In this document: in pieces, positions 29,031 through 41,199 of the stretch
Numbering within the stretch: the first letter of the stretch is position 1
Layout of the letters: every line of letters starts with the position of its first letter
DNA from: Cycas panzhihuaensis
Taxonomy: Eukaryota; Plantae; Cycadophyta
Direction: 5' to 3'
Length of the DNA stretch: 64,000 nucleotides
Assembly: GCA_023213395.1 (NCBI GenBank)
Contig: CM041465.1
Location: forward strand, 161,703,741-161,767,740
Program-made: the position numbers and the translations under genes
Notes under the pieces: model-generated
Databases searched by the model: none
The model's input: only the letters and a program-made list of their open reading frames with translations
Told to the model about the DNA's origin: nothing

Positions 29031-30747
29031 TTTCTAACACCATGTCCCTTTTCCAATCAACAAATTCACCCATCAATCTCAACAAACTTTCTCATGTCTC
29101 ATGTCTCTCTCATATTATTGACTTCATCATCACATCATTGCCTTATACATCTCACATATGCCAAATAGTCACATAAAATCCAAACACTCACTTCACCAAA
29201 TCAATGCCTCATAAATCTCATGATGATCATACATGTCATATGTCGCTACCAAGACACATACTTCACTTGATTTCCCAAAAAAATAACTCATGCCACTACA
29301 CCACTCAACAAAGTTTGCTTCCCAATAACTCAACTTATCCTTCTTTGCCCATTCAGTCAATTAGAACACATCATCAACCATGCCTAATCTCATCCTTAAA
29401 CATGCCCAACAAACACCTAATCCTTTCATATAACCTCACATGCAATAAGCATCTCATCGCCTCATATCACTATCTTTCTTACCCTCAAATTAGCCTTATC
29501 ATGTCCATAAAGTCCCTTCACATAAATCGCATTCCAAGGAGAACTAAATCACCATATTCCACCCAACTCATTCATGCAAACACATGCACTGTCACTTCAT
29601 CACCATACTATGTCATCATCACAATAGCTCTCTCATATGAACACATGTAAGAAGGCACTTAATTTTCCATTAAACAATCACCATCATGCACTTCAAATCA
29701 CCAATAGAGTACCAAATACATTCACATCAACGTAACTTAATATCATCTCATATTGCAACAATACTCTCCCATGCACAACATACACAACACCTCATATTGC
29801 AACATCACCCAACTTATGTAAATCACATGCAAGATAGTACTATGCCAATGCCAAATTTTACTACTTTGTCACTAATTAAGAGTATAAAACACTTATATCA
29901 CCTCATTACCATTGCCTCATTCATGTCACCATATAAATATGAAACCCTTAAATTCCCAAAAACTTATTTCTAAAAAAACGTATAGCTCAAAAATACATAA
30001 AATATGGATGGAAATGATGGACTCTGAAATACGATTCCAATGGTTCAGACGAAATTGAATTTTGATACCCAGATCAAAAGTTATGATCCTTTTAAGAATT
30101 TCACAATTAGGGTTTCTAGGGGTTATAATAGTACCTTCTGATAAATTGCTCATAACTTTTTATTCTGGACTTTGATGAACCTCAAACCACTTCCATTAGA
30201 AAGAGAATTCAAAAACACACATAATAAAAAAAATTTTGAGGTCATTTGGATACCTGTAGCCAAAGTTATGGCTCCTTGAAGTTGAGGTTGCAGATCTGTC
30301 CCAAAAATATGGTGACGAAAAAAATGCAGGCCAAAATTAATTCTGTTATAATTTTTGCATTTTCACCCCAAAATCTGTAGTGCGACCACTCAAATTTTAT
30401 AGAACGAGCTATTTCGTCTCAATTTCGCTATTAATTTCAGAAATTTCAACATTATGGCACCTCTAAAATCACAGCTCTAATACTGAACAAAAACACCTCT
30501 CTCAACCTTGGTGCTCTAATACCATGTTAGAAAATAGACCTGCAATAAGATATTGACAAACAAAACAAAACACCTCCACAGGATCGAATGGTACCCTTAA
30601 GGTACCTCAAATTGTATTAACAAAATATCCTTACAACAACATTACAATATGATACACTATGTTGTGTCTTTATAGTACATGTCAATATAGAGAGAGTAGG
30701 ACTCACTTGCATGTGGGACAAAATAAATGTGCATTATCAATATTCCA

Positions 30748-32196
<1,449 letters not shown>

Positions 32197-33059
32197 GTCT
32201 TCTACTTTCTCAAATAATCTCTTAAAATCTATCTCAATCAATTGAGTCATATTTACATTTAGGAACTATAGTTATAGTGGTAGGACGAGCATTTTCTAAA
32301 ACATCATTAATCGTTGATCTCTTATACCTATTAAGTTCCTTCAAAAGAGCACACAGTCTATGGTTGCCTTCATAGTTGCTACATATGGAGTATTATAGGG
32401 TAGACCAAGCTCTTTAAATCCATCACCTTACATTAAATATACTCTTCATATCCTTGCATCACATCAAGTACTTTATTAACCAGTGTCATATTATTAATCA
32501 GTGGCCCTTTTGTGTTGAGTAATCAAGTGGTTGTTTATCTTCACATACTCAAAGTCGGAGTTGCATATATAATAATTGAGAGGTATATATTAATAACAAC
32601 ATAGTCTTTAGCATGAATAAAGGACTCATAAGAGAGTTCAACATATCAAGTCAATTACTTTGGACTATCAATATTGGATTGTACAATCTCTATGATAATA
32701 AGATTATTGATATATTCTATCCTTTGGGTATTTACCAAGAAGGATATAAATACACACATAATTAAATTAATGATGGATTGTTAATTGTTACTCTTTATGC
32801 TAGGATAAGTAATTTTCATATTATATTGATTATTACTCAAGTTGTGACCTTATCATCCTTGCCATATCATCTGATCATCGGTTAGAATTAGTTGGATTGT
32901 TCTCTCCTACCAATCAATAGCAAAATGTCAAGGTATATCATTATTAAAGGCTACATACTCACCTTAATGCATCATACAAAGATCTCACCTAGACATTGAC
33001 ACCTTCTTGCCTATGTGTATATATAATACTAATAAGATATTAAAAAATAAGGCAAGGAA

Positions 33060-33655
33060 ATGAGAATATTATTTCAAGGAATAAGATTTGTACTAGTAGG
33101 ATTTGAACCTATAACAGAAAATAAATATACAATGGAGATAAAGTACAATGAGGCATTTAATGTGGGATAATATGATTCAAGTTGTACTCATGTCATTATT
33201 TACTAGTTTACATACTATAATCCTATTTGTGCTATGGCTAGAAAGGATGGGAAGGTGTTGGTTATACACTTATAGATTGTAAATAGTTTAACTAGTGGAA
33301 TACTTATAGATATTGATAAGATATTGTACAAATCTATAAGAAACATGATGGGGATTCTAGGTAGTGCATCCTTATGCACCTACTTGATAGGGTATCAAGG
33401 TCATGATCATCAAGACATTATGAGAATGTTTGAAATAATGGGAGCATAATTTGTAAAGTCATTGATTGTGAGTGAAGTAACACATCTTATTTATTATAAG
33501 CACAAGTGGACAACTACAAGGTTGCTAAATAAATAGGAATAAATCTAGTCAACCATCATTGGCTTGAAGATTGTTTGAAGGTTTAGGCATTACTTTTTAA
33601 AGAAAATTATCTAAAAAGTGGATGGGAAGTGAAACTTTTGGAAGCAAAGACTGGT
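33060..33655 (+). pseudogene. Intronless pseudogene fragment of a plant tandem-BRCT protein (At4g02110-like N-terminus)
   Basis: Hand translation from ATG 33060: MRILFQGIRFVLVGFEP..VG*YDSSCTHVII..NPICAMARKDGKVLV..ILYKSIRNMMGILGS..LIGYQGHDHQDIMRMFEIMGA*FVKSLIVSEVTHLIYYK, then after a frameshift NYKVAK*IGINLVNHHWLEDCLK..KSGWEV. This is colinear with my recollection of the At4g02110 family (FxGVRFVLxGF, SCTHxIV, DPICVAAR, LTGYQGHDREDIMRMV, VTHLICYKFEG, LVNHRWLEDCLK). Confidence 0.88.
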
Positions 33656-35768
33656 CCACCTCTATTAATAACACACCATTAAGTCTCATATAGTTATTCT
33701 ACTAATCTATATGGACCTCTTCTGATGACAAAATCTAAACTCCTTTCACATTCTACATCATACAAATTACATTTTATAAAAAAAGAATTGCCAAAATTAA
33801 ACTTTTCACCCAGAGAACATGTAGAAGCAAGGACTTATGAAAAATTGGAAAGGAATGAAAAGTTAATAGATATAGAAAATGGCTATGAACATAAAGAATC
33901 TTCTTCAACATTAGTAAATCTCAATGATACCTACTTATTAGCATTAGATAAAAAATCAAAGCAAGAAGTAAGATGATTATAAGAGTTACATTAAAGGAAT
34001 TCATTTAAAAATCATAAAGGACATATAGATAAACATATTAATAACACAGATGTTGAGGGCACATCTATACTAAAAGCCAATGGAATACAAGATTATGCAA
34101 TACAAGAAGAAGAAGGGCCTACAAATCAAATCATAATCCCAACACATGATTTGAACATAAGAAGAAAGAAATAGCATACAGTAGGAAAATAAGAATAAAC
34201 CATTGTTAGTTGACAAGGGCAAAATGCTAATGTCATTCCTAAAAGAAAATATAATAATTTATAAAAAGGGATATCAAGTTTATGCTAAAATGGTTGCTAA
34301 TGGCAATAATAATATCTACATTCCTCGATCAATTGAAAAAGAACCAACAAGTATCAATAAAATCTATTAATCAATCTAAACAAAAGATATTGATACTGAC
34401 AATAACAAGTAAACTTCTTAATCAACCAAATGATACAAATTAAATAACTATATCATATATAACTAAGGATTCCCCAGTGTTAGCAATAATCATCTTGCCT
34501 CCTGATGAATCTGAGAAGTTTTTAAGTACTAGTAAAATATCATACATTCTAAGATAATATTATGTCTATTAATAGATGGAAGTCAAAGTCAAATAGAAGA
34601 TATTGTGATAACAATCTTTAGCCTACAGGCAAAAGCATATAAAAATTCAATATTTTTGTAGTTAGCATCTACTAAAGAATTCTAATTAGTCCATAATCAC
34701 ATCAACTTATTTAATCTTATGCTTGTATATGTATTCATTATTGTTTAAAGTTCTAACAGTTATGGATTGACAACATATATTAGATAATTATGATATTCTT
34801 TTATCAGTAAGAGGTGACATAAAACCAATCATTATCTCAATCAGGTTCCAAGGATAAAATATTTCAAGGAGGAGGTCTTATTATGAACCACCTTGAATGA
34901 TGTAATCAACCAATCATTTGACTATATTTTATGGTCTTATTATGAACCACCTTGAATGAAGTAATCAACCAATCATTTGACTATGTTTTATGGACAAAAC
35001 ATCTTAAGGATGAGGAATTGTTATGAACATCCTTAAAGATAGTTAATTAAATTATTAAGTGAATAGGTGCTTTGAATAGTTATAACCATTTATAAAAAAG
35101 GCGTATTAATAAGTGAATGGGTGCTTTGAATAATTACATCCTTTTCTAAATAGTCATTGTTTACCCTCATGGATTTTAAGCACACTTATATACTATCAGC
35201 TATTCTCTTAAGTTATGAAAAAGGTCCATAACATCCCTAAGATAGGCCTACTTCTATTTGCTAGAACCTTGTTAATTGACTAAGTAGTGATGCCCCTAGT
35301 ATATCAACCCTATCCTTCCCTTAGAAGTAAAGATGTCCCATTGTGAAGGATTCTTTAATTATTCAAGCCTTCATCTCCTTAGCATATTAGACTCTCCCTC
35401 ATTTGGGAGTCATTTTACTTTGAGTCATGTTCCAAATGCCAAAAGTGGTGGTCCAACATCACATTTTGGGTTGGGAGTAACTTCCTAATTCTCCTTTATC
35501 TCTAAATATAAAAATCTATTAGACTCATATATAGGCATCCATGAGCTATCTACCCATACGGGTGGATCATTATTAGGTGAGCGAGACCCTAATAACTAAC
35601 CCTTGATAAGGTCATTAATCTAGGGTCTGATCTCTCTCAGACTTTCATACTCATCAGTCCTTATGATCCTTAGTATAGTTAGATATAATTTTATCTTTTT
35701 GGGTGGGTTGGTGGTCTAGGTTAGGACCCCATCTCTAACTTAAAACTTAAAAAGGGTAAAAGAGAAGG

Positions 35769-36417
35769 TGTTGAGAAGACAAGGTCCCAACCCTTAAACC
35801 GCCACCAAGATCTAAACTATTCTTACAACTAGTTACAGAAATTGAAACTAAAAGTTACATGCAAGTTCTTAAACTAGAGATAAAACAATAAAATGAACAA
35901 GAAAGCCAAGCATCACAAATACACCTGATATAACGTGGTAAAACCCTAGTAGTGTGCTAGGGAAACATCCACACAGGAAAGGTATTGATCTTTATTATTG
36001 TAGAATGGAGAAAATGTACATAATCCTATAGCAAAGTGCTCACAGTAACAACAACCAATTGCCCCACTTTCATAGTACATTAAACACCATCAACATTAAA
36101 TGAAAAATGCCCTAAATCAGGCTATATGAGAGGGTCATCCAAGGCACAAATCTTGACCATAGAATCTAGGGTATTTTTAGCGAACGACCCTGATCCTCTT
36201 TATAATTTAATATACTTTCAGTGCTAAATTTTTGGGTCAGGGGCTATCACCCCTGAACCCCCTCTTTGCGGGGGGTGTTCCACACCCCACGTACTCCCCT
36301 AGCTAAGGGGGGATCCCACCCCCCTTGGAACCCCCCTTGGAAGGTTTGGGGGGGAAACTGCGCTACCAACGTGTCAAAATTTTAGCCTCCTAACCATTGT
36401 TGTCACATTACCCAACA
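35769..36417. mobile_element. Solo LTR (649 bp)
   Basis: TGTTG...CAACA termini; flanks GAAGG and TAAGG (4/5). Removing it restores colinearity with the reverse complement of ~37985-38037. Confidence 0.85.
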
Positions 36418-37625
36418 TAAGGAAGCCATAGGATATTGATTAGGAAAAATTTTCCCTTAATGTATCCCTTGCTAGGTTAGGGATTGATTGCTCTTCTCCC
36501 CAACTTAAAAGGAATTCTGATTTTTAGTTTATTGATTGTACTTTATTTTCCTTGATTTGAAAATTTTTATTTTAGTATCTTTTTTAAATCCATGATGTAA
36601 ACACAAAGAAAAAGAAAAAAAAGAAGTAAACCACATAAATACCTTGTTGCTTATGCCTTATACCTTCCCTTTACAAATCTAGATAAATCATCCATATTTC
36701 CTTAAATAGAGTAAAAATTCCTTGTTAAATCTAATTCTTTTAAAACTCTCATTCTTGAGTCAACTTGGTCAATTAGGCCTCCCAACCTGAAATATTTTCT
36801 AGCAACCACAGTAAGAGATGAATGTATAACCTTTTGATATGAAGCCAAACTATTGGTAGTCTATTCTTTATTATTTAATAAACTCAAGTTTGTCCATGAT
36901 AGAGAACCAAAGGTCATTAAATGTAAGAATAAACCCATCCAAAAATCTATCCCATTGGTTGAAATAGTCCAAGAAGAATGTGAATCATCCTCTCCTCTTA
37001 CTTCCTTAGGTTTTGGACAATATTTCAATGTTGATTTTCCATTTCATATTAGCCATGAGAAAACTAAACCAATCTTCATGATCACTACCACTTACCAGTC
37101 TAAACCATCCATCGATCTTCTTAATGGCATGATACCTTAATTAGATGCACCATCCCAATTTGATCTCTTGTCATAACTAGATTAAACCTATCCTATTCAA
37201 AATCCCTTACAAACAACACCTTTCCTTATCGATTTTATTTATCCAACACCATCTTACTTAGTGTCCCAAATAATTAACACAAGAGAGTTACTTTTTACTC
37301 CTCAACTCTCAAAAACTATATTTTACTTAGATCATTTCAAGAATGATGAAGTAGTCCTCCGATATTTAGCAAGATCTACTCATAATTTATCTCTTAATCA
37401 TTATAAATTAGGATTTTCTAAGTGTATCCATTCATATTCATCGTCACCAACTTATAATCACCAACCTTTACATTCTTCTTTACCCCTTGACCCAAACTCC
37501 TTACATTTTAAAGAAGCAAATACAATGCTCATTAAGGATACTATAGACCTATAGATATTAATATTGGAACCCAAGAATAACCCAAAATAATCAAGGTTGG
37601 TGCTAGTCGTTTATTGTTTTAAATA

Positions 37626-39055
37626 AGGAAATGTTCTAAGTTGGAGGGCCTAATTGACCAAGCTAACTCAAGAATGAGAGTTTTAAAGTAATTAGGTTCA
37701 ACGAGGACATTTAGCCCTATTTGAGGAAATAGGAACGATTTCTCTAGGTTTATAATAGGAAGGCTTAAGATACAAGCAACAAGGTATTTATTTAATTTGC
37801 TTCTTTTTCTTTATATGTTTATATCAAAGATGAAGAAAATAGACTAAAATAAAAATATTTGAAACAAAAAAAAATGAAATACAATTAATAAACTAAAAAT
37901 CAAATTTTCCTTTAAGTCAAGGAGAAGAGTAATCAATCCCTTACTTGGCAAGGGACACATTGAGGGAAATCTTTCTCTAATCAATGTGCTATGGCTTTCT
38001 ACTCTTTTACTCTTTCTAATTTTTAAGTAAAAGAGAGGGCCAAGACAAAAAATATGATTGTAATTTTGGTAAGGATGATTTAGCCTTTGAGCAAAAAGAA
38101 AGAGATTTTTTAATAGAATTTAAAATTTAAAAGGGGAAAGGCAACAATAATCATTGATTTAACCCAACAAAGAGTCAATCAAGTTAAAAGAGAGGTAATC
38201 AAAGAGGAAATAACACCATATGATCATCAACCAAGTTAATAAGATTAATGAATTAAGAGCACATTAAGTTGGTTTTTATTCATCAGACACTATAATGATC
38301 TTTTAATTATTGGAAAAATAAGTTACGTGCAAGAATAATCAGTATGATTTCAAGTAATCATGATGCCAAGTAGTCTCTACACTACCATGCAGTTAATTAG
38401 TCAAACCCCAACAACAAACATAAGGTAACAGACTTGCCTATAGTCTAAGGGAGGGCAGAGTTGATTGAAACACCTGCCTTCTTATTTTCTATGCTTATGT
38501 AGTTGTTTAATATGAATCTTGTCTTTTTCCTTACAACCTAAAATTCTTTTCTTTTCCAAAGGACTTTGGGTTTGCTTTTAGAAATGTCTATTAGGAGAGC
38601 AACCAAGATTTTGGTTGTCTTTAGTATTCAAGTATGCTCTGTCTTCACAGGTCTCCTAATACAAATTTCTAGAAGCAAATCTAAAGTCTTTTAGAAGAGA
38701 AAAGAATTTTGGGTTGTAAGGAAAAAGACAAGCTTCATCTTAAACAATTGCATAAACATAGGAAAGAATAAGGCAACCATATATGTAAGCAAATCTAAAA
38801 TGTTTCAAAGACAACCCTCTAAGATCTTTTTGAAATAAATAGTTTCAACAAGTTTCATATTAAACAAATCTTCGAGTACATTTCTTAGATAAGATCTGAA
38901 ACATCACCAAATTTAAGTATATTTTTAGCTTCATAGTCTCCATAGATGTAACTAACTAGATCAAGTAGCACATATTCATCCATAAAAACTTAAAACTTAG
39001 TTTAGATTAAATCATGTTATAATTCGTATTCCTCTAAGTAAGTAATGAATTATCT
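37626..39055 (-). mobile_element. Family Y copy B, in inverted orientation and internally deleted
   Basis: Its reverse complement aligns consecutively to 16111-16585, 19860-20123, 35730-35768 and 36418-36795. Confidence 0.8.
38475..38775. mobile_element. 301-bp foldback (MITE-like) element with ~125-bp inverted arms
   Basis: Arms 38475-38599 and 38651-38775 are reverse complements (TGCCTT...AAGGCA). Flanked by ACC on both sides; absent from the paralogous site at ~16390-16405. Confidence 0.85.
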
Positions 39056-39915
39056 CTACTACCATTACTACTTAAGGAAGGACCTACAATGAAACCCTTT
39101 AAAGTCTCCTATTCATAATTTAAACCATTAGATACAAGGTAAAGGAGGGATAGAAGAGCTACCTTGTGCAATGATAATGTCAAAATGTGCATTTACCATA
39201 GACATCTATAGTTTAAGTTCCTTAAAGCTGCCCTAAATTCTTTAATTCTATAAATTATGAATTTCATATGGAAATACTTCCATCTAAACTAAATGTAAAA
39301 GATTAGGATGAATATATAAGGAGAAATCTCTAAAGTAGAATGAATTTCTATATAAAGAATTCATACAACACATGAATTGGAACAAGATGCAAATGACTAA
39401 GTAAATTTTGGTTAAGAATTCTCTCACAAAAGGCTCCATATAATTTGTGACCATCGTCATTCGATTCAAATAAAAACTCAGCTTTATAGTTACTTATATA
39501 TTGGATATACACCAAAATGTCACTAACTTTAGCATCCAATCATCTATCTAGGAGAAGTTAATAACAATATAAAGATAATAGATCAAGCCACATTAAAACT
39601 AGGAGCTAAGAATAGATTGCATGCAGTACTTGTGTTGGCATTATTGTCACTTTTTATTGAGAGTTAAGAGACCTGGTTTTTCTTCTTACAAAGCCTCCCA
39701 TTATCTTTCATCTGTGTATGCCCTCTTTAGGCTTCTCTTACTCTCATCATCTACCTCTCTTCTTCTTCCACATTCTCCTCCTTCAATATTTTTATTAGAG
39801 ATTTCTCTGCATGAATAATAGGATATACTTTCTCTATATTAGGAGGCATTATAGAATATGATTTCACAGGGAGTTCAATGAAGATATACTCTACTTTATA
39901 GGATCATAGTATCAT

Positions 39916-40241
39916 GTTCTAATACCATATTGAAAGATGAAAATGTATAAGGTGATAAAAGTTGTAAACGATAAACAAATGAAAGAATAAAGTATGTACA
40001 AACATATAAAGGTAATAAAGCTTTATGGAAAATGATCATCTCTAATTATTTTAATAGGTATAAATACATACTTATATTACACCTCAAGTTTTTTTAATCA
40101 TATGTAAGAACCATTATAACTACCACTAAGGATAATTGTGGATATGTGCACACCTTAATAACACTAAGTTGATATTACAAAAGTGAGTTAACATGGTCTC
40201 CTAACATTACTTAACACATCATGTTAAATACTATTCTAACA
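39916..40241 (-). mobile_element. Probable 5' LTR (39928 to ~40241) and PBS of another decayed LTR element
   Basis: GTTCTAATACCA (degenerate iMet PBS on the minus strand) abuts TATTGA...CTAACA. No partner LTR found. Confidence 0.5.
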
Positions 40242-41199
40242 CGATTAACCTCAAATATTTTTTGAATAAGTGAATATTGAAGTCTACTTTGTACTATAAT
40301 TAGTTTTAGTATAATTATATATTAAGGTCAAAAGTTATCATCATTTTGGTAATAGGTATTATTGTAGTCCCTAAAATCTTAAATTATAATATATTTTAAA
40401 ATGACCTTAATAAAGGTTGTAGTTATCTAATTGACCTCAAATCATTTTTTAATAACTACATCTTGATGTCCATTTTCTGTTAAAAGTAGTTTCAACTAAA
40501 TTGGATATCAAAATTAAAAGTTATTATGATTTTAGTAATAGGTGCTATTATAACCTACAAATCATAAATTTTGATCTACTTTAAAGGGGCCATAACTTCT
40601 ACTATAGGTATCAGAATTCAATTTCGTGTCAACCATTGGAATCTTGGTTTAGAGGCTATTATTTTGAGTTATTAGATAATATATTTTAATGAGTAATTAA
40701 AATTAAAATTTTAGTTTGAAGTTAATCTTAATATAACGGTGCTATGAGGTAATTATTGAAAAGAATAAAGAAATTTCTATTTTTAGTGGAGACAAAAGAT
40801 TGTAACTTATAAAATAGCTAGATAAGATTAAATTATACCTTAAAATCAAACCTAGAGCAATATAAAAAAAGAATTTAATATAATTATTGATCCATATTCA
40901 AATAATGAGACTCATGACTAGACCTTGAATATATTATTTAATATGAATTTATGGAGAGCTTTTCTAAAATGTTTATCCATAGCCTTTGATGAAAAGATTT
41001 GTAACTAATAGATTGAACACTAGCCAAATGATAATGATGATGATGATTTTATAAGTTCCAAGAAAAGGTGTCAAGATCAAGATATAAAAAAAAATGAAGT
41101 ACTAACTAAGCAAATTTAAGAACAATCTAGTAAGGATCTCATTTGTGGTCAATATGGTGAATGAGTTGAATAAACTAAAGAGGAGTTTGAAAAAGATTA

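Larger units (their letters stand above)
24999..30750 (-). mobile_element. Young non-autonomous Ty1/copia element; outer LTRs 30525-30750 (5') and 24999-25224 (3')
   Basis: Two 226-bp LTRs with 10 mismatches by hand count. PBS (reverse complement of GCTCTAATACCA, 30513-30524); PPT (reverse complement of CTCCCCCT, from 25225). Gag ORFs present, no pol. Confidence 0.93.

Noticed and set aside
29204-29973. His-rich 148-aa and 95-aa ORFs
   Set aside because: They are antisense to the copia leader and arise from CA-rich compositional bias; no domain recognised.
35730-38037. Pack-MULE-like element with ~400-bp TIRs around a pol fragment
   Set aside because: The right arm continues into sequence homologous to 16111-20123, so two convergent family Y copies explain it better. 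No 8-11 bp TSD.
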